Source: Candidatus Giovannonibacteria bacterium
GTDB lineage: Bacteria; Patescibacteriota; Minisyncoccia; JACPKW01; UBA11713
Direction: 5' to 3'
Assembly (NCBI GenBank): GCA_016186825.1
Contig: JACPKW010000007.1
Location: forward strand, 1-55,735
Length of the DNA: 55,735 nt
A model generated the notes under the pieces. That model was not told the origin of the DNA and did no database searches. It worked only from the letters and a program-made list of their open reading frames with translations. The translations under genes were made by a program, and so were the position numbers. Below are positions 18,865 to 27,826 of the stretch, in pieces. How positions within the stretch are numbered: position 1 is the first letter of the stretch; each line of letters opens with the position of its first letter.

Positions 18865-19473
18865 CTACTTTCTATTCTCGAAAGCATGTTTAAGAGTGTC
18901 GCGATCGGAATATTCAAGTTCCGTGCCTGTCGAAAGGCCGCGGCCAAGGCGAGATATTTTTAACTTTCTTTTTGCTAAAATAGGCTCAATGATTTTTTCG
19001 ATATAACGGACTGTCATATCGCCTTCGGTAGTGGAAGAGAGGCCGATAATAATTTCATTAATTTCTTTTGAACTTTCTACTTTCTTGAAAAGTTCGCGGA
19101 AGCGGAGCTTGTCTTGTTTTTCCGGCCGGAGAGGGGAGAGAAGCCCACCTAAAACATAATATTTTCCATCAAAGATTTTATTTTTTTCAAGATTTTCAAG
19201 ATCCGCATCTTTTTCCAGTATTAAAAGTTTAGAATTATCTCGCGACTTATCCGCGCAAATATTGCATACCTCTGATTTTCCCTCGAAAATTCTGAAGCAC
19301 ACGGAACAGTGCGAAACTTCTTTAGAAAGCCTAGATAAAACATCAGAAAATTCTTCAATAATTTTTGGATTTTCGTCTACCAATGCATAAACAAAACGCC
19401 GAGCCTGCCGCGGCCCGATTCCCGGAAGTTTTTGAAAAATTTCGATGAGTTTAATTATTATTGAAGTTGCCAT
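18865..19473 (-). CDS. recR: recombination protein RecR
   Basis: LPGIGPRQARR, C4 zinc finger, YYVLGG, Toprim EGDMT, ELEYSD. Confidence 0.96.
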   Translation of the reverse strand: MATSIIIKLIEIFQKLPGIGPRQARRFVYALVDENPKIIEEFSDVLSRLSKEVSHCSVCFRIFEGKSEVCNICADKSRDNSKLLILEKDADLENLEKNKIFDGKYYVLGGLLSPLRPEKQDKLRFRELFKKVESSKEINEIIIGLSSTTEGDMTVRYIEKIIEPILAKRKLKISRLGRGLSTGTELEYSDRDTLKHAFENRK

Positions 19474-19505
19474 AATTGATAAATTATAGCATTTGATTCG
19501 CCTTT

Positions 19506-19544
19506 AAAAAAAGCGGCACTGGAGCTATTTTGCTCACAGTGCCG
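19506..19544 (-). terminator. intrinsic terminator
   Basis: CGGCACTG/CAGTGCCG stem with inner GAGC/GCTC; A7 on + equals U tract on -. Confidence 0.8.
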
Positions 19545-19560
19545 GTTGAACATTTGGTGA

Positions 19561-20139
19561 TTAACACGCCTGTTTTTTGAAAACCATGATGTCAAACACT
19601 AGCTGCGTCCATTCCTCGGTCGCATCTATCCTGCATTTCGCTTCCTCGCGAAGCAGATAAATGCGAGTCCAGGCAAGTTCGCCAGGTGTCATCCAGGCCT
19701 TTGCCAAATCCCATGTTGCCCCTCTCAAATGGGAAGATGCTTTCGGGCCTCTTGCTGGCGCTGCGTTCTTATTTCGCATCCGCAAATCCTCTTGATATTC
19801 GATATAACGAACGGCCGAGGTAACAATGTGTGGCTTACGAAAAATGCCAAAAAAGATGCGGGTCATTTCGAGGAAAAAATCGTTTGCCCAAGGTCTTGAA
19901 TAGCGGAGCTCTTTGCCAAGCCGCCGATCCACCTTCAAAAATCCATTTTCTGGAAGCGGAATCAGCAATTTCAATCGTCGAAACTTGGAAACATGCGTTT
20001 CATCACGGAGCGCAGTCAAATCTTGAAGATCAGCAACTCGGTTTCTGAAAATAAGAGAAAGACCGGATCCGTTTAAAGAGACTTCCGCATTCGCTATCGG
20101 GACAATAAGAAACAAAAAAATTAAAAGCAAAAATGTCAT
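19561..20139 (-). CDS. secreted DUF5715-like protein (Hedgehog/M15 peptidase fold)
   Basis: Signal peptide after SD AAAGGAGG; TSAVR..YQ..L..RN.NAA and SSHLRGATWDL. Confidence 0.7.
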   Translation of the reverse strand: MTFLLLIFLFLIVPIANAEVSLNGSGLSLIFRNRVADLQDLTALRDETHVSKFRRLKLLIPLPENGFLKVDRRLGKELRYSRPWANDFFLEMTRIFFGIFRKPHIVTSAVRYIEYQEDLRMRNKNAAPARGPKASSHLRGATWDLAKAWMTPGELAWTRIYLLREEAKCRIDATEEWTQLVFDIMVFKKQAC

Positions 20140-20216
20140 AGTTCCGCCCTCCTTTCCCAAATCAAAATTAGCAGTTTTTATTAAATTTTGTCAAACCAAA
20201 CCAACCAAGGCAAATC

Positions 20217-21647
20217 TTATCCTACTTCGAAGGATTCAAAACCAGCTCCTTCGTCAAGAGAGCTGAAGGAGACTTTTTCCTGGTTAAAGTAGAGGTCTGC
20301 TTTCCCGACGGGGCCGTTTCTATGCTTTGCAATAAGTATTTCAGCTTGATTGGGTCTGGATGAATTTTCTCGGTAGCGGTCTTCGCGATAAATAAACATA
20401 ACTACATCAGCATCCTGTTCAATTGAACCCGATTCACGAAGATCCGAAAGGCGAGGAATCGGAGGATGTCGTTGTTCAACGGCGCGCGAGAGCTGGGAGA
20501 GTGCGAGCACCGGAACGTTCAGTTCGCGCGCTAGGCCCTTCAGGGAGCGTGAGATTTCAGTAATTTGTTGAACCATGCTGTCGGACGTTGTTCGCGGCTG
20601 CATAAGCTGGAGGTAATCAATTACCAGAAGTCCCAGATTGCCGTGTTCAGCCTGCAGGCGGCGCGCCATCGCACGCATCTGCAAGATATTGTTTGACGCT
20701 TCATCATCGATATACAGCGGCGCTTTGGAGAGCCGATCAAGCGCATCTCTGATTCTTAGAAAATCATCTGAATTTTCCGAGAGGCGTCCTGTCCGAAGTT
20801 TCCAAAGATCAACATGCGCCTCGGCAGCAATGAAACGGTCAACCAATTGCTGCGTGGACATTTCAAGTGAAAAAATTCCGACCGGAATATTTTGGTGAAC
20901 CGAAACGTTGCGGGCGATATCAAGCGCGAGCGCGGTTTTACCTATAGATGGGCGGGCGGCAATAATAACAAGATCGGATTTCTGAAGACCCGCAAGCAAG
21001 TTGTCCAGTTCTCGAAAGCCGGTGGGAACTCCGCGCATCTCGTTTTTATTTTTGTGCAAGTGATCAATCCGTTCCCAGGCTTCCTCGAGCACCGTTCCCA
21101 GCGATGAAAACTTTTGCGAAAGCGAACGCTGGGAGATCGCAAAAACTTTGCGTTCCGCCTCGTCGAGAATTTCATCAATTTCGCCGCTTTCCTTGTATCC
21201 GAGGTCCGCAATTTCTCCAGAAGCCTGAATCAATTCGCGGGAAACTCTTTTTTTTCTGACAATTTCCGCGTAATAGACAATATTTGATGCCGACGGAACA
21301 GCATTTACTAAATCGGCGAGATAGCCCGAACCACCAACCGAGTCGAGCTGTCCTTTTTCACGAAGTTTCGTGGAAACCGAAAGAAGATCAATTGGTTCGT
21401 GGCGTTCGAAAAGATCTATGACAGCACTAAAAATTATTTGATGCGCAGGCCTGTAAAAATCTTCCGCTCTTAAAATATCCGCAATTTTAATGATTGCGTT
21501 TTGATCGAGCATCAAAGCTCCAAGCGTAGAGATTTCAGCTTCAATTGCCTGCGGAGGAATGCGAACCTGCCCTGAAGCAAAAGGTGATTCCACCTGCCCG
21601 TTCGGCAGGCGGATTCCTAGCCCCGATTGCTTTTCTGGAAGCGCCAT
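20217..21647 (-). CDS. dnaB: replicative DNA helicase
   Basis: AARPSIGKT, IDYLQLM, LSQLSR, DLRESGSIEQDAD, KHRNGP; no intein. Confidence 0.98.
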   Translation of the reverse strand: MALPEKQSGLGIRLPNGQVESPFASGQVRIPPQAIEAEISTLGALMLDQNAIIKIADILRAEDFYRPAHQIIFSAVIDLFERHEPIDLLSVSTKLREKGQLDSVGGSGYLADLVNAVPSASNIVYYAEIVRKKRVSRELIQASGEIADLGYKESGEIDEILDEAERKVFAISQRSLSQKFSSLGTVLEEAWERIDHLHKNKNEMRGVPTGFRELDNLLAGLQKSDLVIIAARPSIGKTALALDIARNVSVHQNIPVGIFSLEMSTQQLVDRFIAAEAHVDLWKLRTGRLSENSDDFLRIRDALDRLSKAPLYIDDEASNNILQMRAMARRLQAEHGNLGLLVIDYLQLMQPRTTSDSMVQQITEISRSLKGLARELNVPVLALSQLSRAVEQRHPPIPRLSDLRESGSIEQDADVVMFIYREDRYRENSSRPNQAEILIAKHRNGPVGKADLYFNQEKVSFSSLDEGAGFESFEVG

Positions 21648-21710
21648 TTTTTAAGAATAAACCCCGCCATTAAACGTTACAACGAGACAAAAGTTGATAA
21701 GCTGTGCAGT

Positions 21711-23096
21711 CTAATGGATTTTTTCTATTACAGGGCCCCCCGGAGTGTCTTTGATATTAAATCCAAGCTTTTTAGCTTGCTTGCGAAGCGCATCTGCCTC
21801 TTTCCAGCTTTTAATTTTGCGGTATTCCTCGCGTTTTTTGGTAAGTATGAGTATTTCATCTGGAATTGCGTCACTTTTAAATTTATTCAGCGCCAGTCCC
21901 AATATGTGGTCTGCAAATAGGAGCAGCTCTTTTATGTTTTTGTTTTTTTTGAGATAAGCGTAAAGAATCGCGAGGGCGGCGGGAATGTTCAGATCATCAT
22001 TTAATTTATTAGTAAATTCTTTTTTGAATGACTGGAATAATTTATTTCCGCCTGCGCCCTTATTTTTCAGATTTGAGGGTGCATCCTGATAAATATTTTG
22101 AAGACGCAATCTTCCAAGGCGGCTTGCTTTTAGCGCTTGCCAGGAAAATGAAAGGGGCGAGCGGTAGTGCGCGCTAAAAACAAAATAGCGGAAATCGAGC
22201 GGCTCAAAACCCTTTGCTTCGAGAGTATCGAGGGTAATTGCGTTTCCTTCCGATTTGCCCATGCGCGTTTTGCCCAAATTTAAAAACTCGGAGTGCATCC
22301 AAAAGCGCGCAAATTTTTTGCCAAATGCGGCTTCTGACTGGGCGATTTCATTTGTGTGATGCGGATGAATATGGTCCACCCCGCCTGCGTGAATATCGAT
22401 GAGTAGTCCCAGATATTTTAAGCTCATAGCGGAGCACTCAATATGCCAGCCGGGGAAACCTACACCCCAGGGCGAGGGCCATTCCATTTGCCTTTGCTCA
22501 ACTTTAGGCGAAAATTTCCAAAGCGCAAAGTCCATCGGATTTCTTTTCTCGCCTAGGCTCACGCGCGATCCTGCTCTTAACCCTTTCAGTTTTGATTTCA
22601 CAAGAACTCCGTAATTTTTAAATTTTTTCGTATCAAAATAAATCCCGTCTTTGGTGCGGTAGGTATATTTTTTCTTTTCCAATTTTTTTATGAGCTCAAT
22701 TTGCTCCTTAATATGCTCTGTTGCGCGCGGAAAAAAATCTGCCGGAAGAATATTTAATTTCTTAAGGTCTTCTTTAAATAGTTTTTCATACTCGCGCGAA
22801 ATATCCCAAGCGGATTTTCTTTGCGCACGCGCTTCCTTTTCGATTTTATCTTCACCTGTGTCTAAATCATGTTCGAGATGCCCGACATCCGTGATATTCA
22901 TTATATGCCTTACTTTAAAATTATTTAGAAGCAGAGTACGCTTGAGAATGTCTTCATTTATATAAGTTCTGAAGTTCCCAATGTGCGCTCTTTGGTAAAC
23001 CGTCGGACCGCAAGCGTAAAAACGCACCTCTTGGGAGCGATTTGGCTTAAAATTTTCCTTTTTTTTTGAAAGCGAATTGTAAAGTTTCAGGGCCAT
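21711..23096 (-). CDS. cysS: cysteine--tRNA ligase
   Basis: CGPTVY, HIGN, DFALWK, PGWHIECSAM, RMGKS. Confidence 0.97.
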   Translation of the reverse strand: MALKLYNSLSKKKENFKPNRSQEVRFYACGPTVYQRAHIGNFRTYINEDILKRTLLLNNFKVRHIMNITDVGHLEHDLDTGEDKIEKEARAQRKSAWDISREYEKLFKEDLKKLNILPADFFPRATEHIKEQIELIKKLEKKKYTYRTKDGIYFDTKKFKNYGVLVKSKLKGLRAGSRVSLGEKRNPMDFALWKFSPKVEQRQMEWPSPWGVGFPGWHIECSAMSLKYLGLLIDIHAGGVDHIHPHHTNEIAQSEAAFGKKFARFWMHSEFLNLGKTRMGKSEGNAITLDTLEAKGFEPLDFRYFVFSAHYRSPLSFSWQALKASRLGRLRLQNIYQDAPSNLKNKGAGGNKLFQSFKKEFTNKLNDDLNIPAALAILYAYLKKNKNIKELLLFADHILGLALNKFKSDAIPDEILILTKKREEYRKIKSWKEADALRKQAKKLGFNIKDTPGGPVIEKIH

Positions 23097-23097
23097 G

Positions 23098-24015
23098 CTA
23101 GATCCAGTGCCTATATTTGAAAAATCCGTACATCAAGAATATTACTGCGATTAGAATCCCTACAATAATCCAGAAGTCGTTGGGATCGCCTACAATCGGG
23201 CGTCCCGCGGCGTCAATTGAAAAAACAGTGGCGATAAGCGAGAGGGGGAATGTGAAAAGCGCAAGCATCGTAAACATTTTTACGATTTCGTTTGTGCGGT
23301 GGGTAAGAAAAGAGTTGTTGGTTTCATAAAGAGTTTCAAGCGCGTCCTTGTTATTTTCGCTAAGACTCATAATGCGGCGCCACGAGCTCAAAAGTTTTCT
23401 GACAGAATCCAAAAAGTTGTCGCCAAAAAATTCGGGAGCAAGGCCGCGGAGCGCTTCCAAGACGCTTTCATGCGTTCGGACTGCGCGCAGGAAATCAAGA
23501 ATATCGCGGCGGAGATATGAGATATCCTTGATCAGTGTTTTTTCGTTATCTTTAAAAATAAAAATTCTTTCTTCGATCCGGTCTACTTTAGACTGAATAC
23601 GCTCGAGCTCTTTATAAATGCTTTCATAGAGCGTGCTCCAGAGGGCGTAGAGAAGAGCTGAGGGATTGTCAAAATGCTGATCGCGAACGGCCAAATTGAG
23701 GTCGCAGGAATCAAAAAAATCTGCGAGCGGGCGCATCGTGTCATAGTGGACTGTTAAGAGAAAATTTTTTCCGACTACTATATCAATTTCTTTTGACCGT
23801 AGTGAGTGCCGGTCTGGATCAGAAAGAGGGAAATAGAGAACAAAATATAAATGCGAATCGTAGCTGTCCGAGCGCGGGCGGAGGCTCGGACGAAGCAGTC
23901 CCTCCGAGACGAGAGGATGCAGGCTGAATTCCTTTGAGGCCTTTACGATGTCCTCGGCGGTAGGATTGTGGAGGTTCAACCATTTGAGGCCTTTATGTTC
24001 GATTCTTGAGATCAT
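23098..24015 (-). CDS. corA: CorA-family Mg/Co transporter
   Basis: LHPL, RP..D.Y, TNEIVKMFT and two C-terminal TMs; GMN replaced by SID. Confidence 0.85.
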   Translation of the reverse strand: MISRIEHKGLKWLNLHNPTAEDIVKASKEFSLHPLVSEGLLRPSLRPRSDSYDSHLYFVLYFPLSDPDRHSLRSKEIDIVVGKNFLLTVHYDTMRPLADFFDSCDLNLAVRDQHFDNPSALLYALWSTLYESIYKELERIQSKVDRIEERIFIFKDNEKTLIKDISYLRRDILDFLRAVRTHESVLEALRGLAPEFFGDNFLDSVRKLLSSWRRIMSLSENNKDALETLYETNNSFLTHRTNEIVKMFTMLALFTFPLSLIATVFSIDAAGRPIVGDPNDFWIIVGILIAVIFLMYGFFKYRHWI

Positions 24016-24034
24016 AATATTTTTAGTATACTAT

Positions 24035-25276
24035 ATGGAAATAAGGCCTTCTATGTATAACGAATCGAGACCAAGGAAGTCTTTTTTTATTATTAGCTCC
24101 ATTGTCGTAATTATTGCGGCTTTCGCGCTCGGCGTGTTCTTTGGATTTTCAAAACGCCCGGCAATCGAGCAAATTACTGGAATTACGAGTAAAGAGCCGG
24201 AGATAGATAAAGCTCAAGAAGTTGATTTTTCGCCATTCTGGGCGGCTTGGAAGATTGTTGAAGAGCGATACGCGGGCTCTGAAAAAGTCGACCGTCAAAA
24301 GATGATTTGGGGCGCGATTCAGGGCGCGGTTTCGTCGGTAGGGGATCCTTATACGACTTTCTTCCCGCCGGAAGAGAAAAAACTTTTTGAATCTGAAATC
24401 AAAGGAAATTTCGAGGGTGTGGGAATGGAGATCGGCATTAAAAAAGGAATGCTTACTGTGGTTGCGCCGCTGAAAGACACGCCTGCTTTTCGCGCGGGCA
24501 TAAAGCCTGGCGATAAAATTTTAAAAATAGGGGATAAGGAAACGATCGATATGACAACTGACGAGGCTGTGCGCTTAATCAGAGGCGAAGGGGGCACGAA
24601 AATTAAATTAATAATTCTTTCTGCAGACAGCGAGAAACCGCGCGAAGTTGAGCTTACGCGCGAGGTTATCAAAATTCCTGTGTTAGATACGGAGCAAAAA
24701 AGCGATGGAATATTCGTAATTAAACTTTATAATTTTTCGAGCGATTCGACAAACGAATTTCGAAAGGCGTTGCGCCAGTTTACAGATTCCGGCTCGAATA
24801 AATTGATATTGGATCTGCGCAGCAATCCGGGAGGATTTCTCGATGCTGCGGTTGACATCTCTAGCTGGTTTTTGGATATGTCGAAGATTGTAGTGCGGGA
24901 ACATTTTAAAGACGGGCGCGAAGAGCTCTATCGTTCAAAAGGATATCCTATCAGCAGATTTCCGATGGTCGTATTGGTTAATAACGGCTCTGCTTCCGCT
25001 TCGGAGATCGTTGCCGGCGCCTTGCAGGATCAAGGCGCGGCGAAACTTGTTGGCGAAAAAACATTCGGCAAAGGTTCCGTCCAAGAGCTTGTTAGCGTGA
25101 CGGACGATACTTCGCTCAAAGTTACTATCGCGCGCTGGCTCACACCTAAGGGGACGGACATTTCTAAGAACGGATTGACTCCGGACTTTGAAGTAAAAAA
25201 TACTGAAGATGCAGAAGCGGAAGGGCGCGATTTGCAGTTTGAAAAAGCTCTTGAAGTATTAAAAAATTGGAAGTGA
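24035..25276 (+). CDS. ctpA: S41 carboxyl-terminal processing protease
   Basis: GDPYT, PDZ, DLRSNPGG, SASASEI, TFGKGSVQ; start at 24035 or 24053. Confidence 0.93.
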   Translation: MEIRPSMYNESRPRKSFFIISSIVVIIAAFALGVFFGFSKRPAIEQITGITSKEPEIDKAQEVDFSPFWAAWKIVEERYAGSEKVDRQKMIWGAIQGAVSSVGDPYTTFFPPEEKKLFESEIKGNFEGVGMEIGIKKGMLTVVAPLKDTPAFRAGIKPGDKILKIGDKETIDMTTDEAVRLIRGEGGTKIKLIILSADSEKPREVELTREVIKIPVLDTEQKSDGIFVIKLYNFSSDSTNEFRKALRQFTDSGSNKLILDLRSNPGGFLDAAVDISSWFLDMSKIVVREHFKDGREELYRSKGYPISRFPMVVLVNNGSASASEIVAGALQDQGAAKLVGEKTFGKGSVQELVSVTDDTSLKVTIARWLTPKGTDISKNGLTPDFEVKNTEDAEAEGRDLQFEKALEVLKNWK

Positions 25277-25278
25277 CT

Positions 25279-25731
25279 ATGATTAAAGTTGTTTTGCTAA
25301 AAGATGTCCCGCAAGTCGGCGTTTGCGGTGAAGTAAAGGAGCTTAAGGATGGCTTTGTCAGAAATTTTCTTCTGCCGCGCAGGCTTGCCGAGATTGCGTC
25401 AGCAAATAAAATCAGAGAAATCGAGAACACAAAAAGAAGAGCCGATCTTGAACGCCAAAATATTAATAATGAGTCAAGGAAAGAATTTGCTAAAATCGCA
25501 GGCATGAAGTTTACAATCGAATCAAAGTCAAACGAATCCGGACATCTTTTTAAAGGCATCTCTGCCGAGGATATCTCAAAGTTTCTTCAGAAAAAAGGTT
25601 TTGTCCAAATGAATGATGGGTGGGTAATTTTGGAAAAGCCAATTAAGGAGACGGGAAGCCATAAGATAAAACTGAAACACGGCGAAAACGAGGCCGAAAT
25701 TGAGCTTGAGATCAACCCTCAAAGAAAGTAA
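25279..25731 (+). CDS. rplI: 50S ribosomal protein L9
   Basis: KVVLLKDV, KDGFVRNFLLPR, GHLFKGI, PIKETG. Confidence 0.94.
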   Translation: MIKVVLLKDVPQVGVCGEVKELKDGFVRNFLLPRRLAEIASANKIREIENTKRRADLERQNINNESRKEFAKIAGMKFTIESKSNESGHLFKGISAEDISKFLQKKGFVQMNDGWVILEKPIKETGSHKIKLKHGENEAEIELEINPQRK

Positions 25732-25789
25732 ATACTTTTAATTATGCGCTCCTTCCTTGAAATCATTCACAGAAAAGTGATAGTAAATT

Positions 25790-27055
25790 ATGCGCACAGT
25801 AAAGAATCGGTCTCGAATCAATGATTATCTAAGAAGTTATAGCTTTGTTGGAAGTTTACGTTCGCTATTTTCGGATTATGAAAGTTTCCAAACGAAAGTA
25901 GATTTTTTAGAAATAGGAGAAAAAAAAATTCCGAAATACACAAATGAGTTTTGGACATCAAAGCAAAGACAGGCTTCTTCTCTTCACGAAATCGCATATC
26001 GCGCGTGTTTTAAACCTCAATTGCCGCGTTTTTTTATTAATCTGCTGACTAAAACAGGTGACAATGTTTATGATCCATTTTCTGGCCGAGGGACAACAGT
26101 TATTGAGGCTGGAATTTTGGGACGCAATATAATCTCGAATGATATAAATCCTTTAAGCCAAGTATTGTGCAGTCCAAGATTTTTTGTGCCAAATTTGCAG
26201 CAGGTTTTAACGCGAATAAAGAATATTAATATTGACTACAATTCCAGAGCCGATATAGATATTTCGATGTTTTATCATCAAAAAACAGAAGCGGAAATAG
26301 TGTCCTTGAAAAAATATTTTCAAAATTTAGCGGCAAGAAATAAATCAGATCATATTGATAAATGGATAAATATGGCCGCTACTAATAAGCTTACGGGCCA
26401 CTCACCAGGTTTTTTCTCAGTTTATACGCTTCCTCCCAATCAGGCTGCTTCACAGAAAAGTCAGATCAGGATTAACGAAAAAAAGAAGCAGAGGCCGGAA
26501 TATCGAAACGTAAAAGAAATAATATTGAAAAAAACCCTAAGTCTGACAAGAAATCTCAATATCTCCGAAAAGAATAACCTTTCGAATTCAGGAAAGAAAG
26601 CCGTGTTTCTGTGTGAAGATTCCGGAAATACACATAAAATTAAATCTCATTCAGTTCAATTGACTGTAACATCTCCTCCTTTTTTGGACATTGTTAGTTA
26701 TCGCCAAGATAATTGGCTAAGATGTTGGTTTAACGACATTAATGCCCGTGAGATTTCAAATAAAATGTCAATTTCAAAAACTGTTGAAGATTGGTCCAAT
26801 TCAATGGGCCGCGTTTTTGGAGAACTCTTTAGAATTACAAAAAAGGGTGGTTGGGTGGCCTTTGAGGTAGGCGAGGTCAGAAATGGCTCAATAAATCTTG
26901 ATGAATTTGTTATACCGCTCGGTGTAAGTTCAGGATTTGAGTGCGAAGGAGTTCTTATCAATCAGCAGAGCTTCACGAAAACATCAAATATTTGGGGAGT
27001 AAAAAACAATTCTCGCGGCACAAATACAAATCGAATAGTATTATTTCACAAATGA
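25790..27055 (+). CDS. orphan amino (N4C/N6A) DNA methyltransferase
   Basis: DPFSGRGT (SAM binding), then VTSPPF (catalytic). Confidence 0.85.
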   Translation: MRTVKNRSRINDYLRSYSFVGSLRSLFSDYESFQTKVDFLEIGEKKIPKYTNEFWTSKQRQASSLHEIAYRACFKPQLPRFFINLLTKTGDNVYDPFSGRGTTVIEAGILGRNIISNDINPLSQVLCSPRFFVPNLQQVLTRIKNINIDYNSRADIDISMFYHQKTEAEIVSLKKYFQNLAARNKSDHIDKWINMAATNKLTGHSPGFFSVYTLPPNQAASQKSQIRINEKKKQRPEYRNVKEIILKKTLSLTRNLNISEKNNLSNSGKKAVFLCEDSGNTHKIKSHSVQLTVTSPPFLDIVSYRQDNWLRCWFNDINAREISNKMSISKTVEDWSNSMGRVFGELFRITKKGGWVAFEVGEVRNGSINLDEFVIPLGVSSGFECEGVLINQQSFTKTSNIWGVKNNSRGTNTNRIVLFHK

Positions 27056-27084
27056 GCAAGGAAGAAAATTGCAAATAAAATGGA

Positions 27085-27369
27085 TCAAAATTGCTTTGCG
27101 ATTACACGCACCATGTTAACGCGCTTTGCTTTTCCATTGAAGGAATGCCGGCGGGATGTATAAAAATCTACCGTCCCTGTTACAAGCGAGTATATTGTGT
27201 GGTCCTTCCCTAGCTTCGCGTTTGTTCCCGGAAAAAATTTCGTCCCGCGTTGGCGCACTATGATGGAACCAGCTTGGGCTTTTTCGCCCGCGAAAAGCTT
27301 AACTCCAAGAAATTTCGGCTGCGAGTCGCGCAGATTTGATGTCGAGCCAGTTGCTTTTGTATGTGCCAT
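27085..27369 (-). CDS. rpmA: 50S ribosomal protein L27
   Basis: [28 protein letters not shown]. Confidence 0.97.
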   Translation of the reverse strand: MAHTKATGSTSNLRDSQPKFLGVKLFAGEKAQAGSIIVRQRGTKFFPGTNAKLGKDHTIYSLVTGTVDFYTSRRHSFNGKAKRVNMVRVIAKQF

Positions 27370-27418
27370 AAAATCAGTTTATAGTTAGTGGTTTTTAGTT
27401 TATAGTTAGACAAGAACA

Positions 27419-27823
27419 ATGATAAGGGAAAAAATAGAAAAGATCAAGTTCTCCTTTCTGCCGCACGAAAATGATATTATTTTCGTGCTTGCTGTTATTT
27501 TAATCGGGGTAATCGGCTTTGGGCTTGGAAGAATTTCTGTTTCGAAGGAAAAATATGCGATAAAAATTGAACAAAATAAAATAGAACAAAAAAAAGCGCA
27601 AAAAACAGATGATCAAAGCGCTGCAATCATAAAAGCAGGGGAGAGCGCGCAAGTTGCAAAAAAAAATGAGCAGTTTGTAGGGTCAAAAAACGGCGATGTC
27701 TTCCATTTGCCTTCATGTCCCGGCGCCAAAAGAATAAAAGAAGAGAATAAAATTTATTTTACCTCAAAAGAAAATGCAGAAAAAGCGGGCTATCGGCCTG
27801 CGGAAAACTGCGAGGGTATTTAG
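27419..27823 (+). CDS. membrane-anchored Ada-type metal-binding domain protein
   Basis: TM, then GSKNGDVFHLPSC...AEKAGYRPAENC. Confidence 0.75.
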   Translation: MIREKIEKIKFSFLPHENDIIFVLAVILIGVIGFGLGRISVSKEKYAIKIEQNKIEQKKAQKTDDQSAAIIKAGESAQVAKKNEQFVGSKNGDVFHLPSCPGAKRIKEENKIYFTSKENAEKAGYRPAENCEGI

Positions 27824-27826
27824 GTC

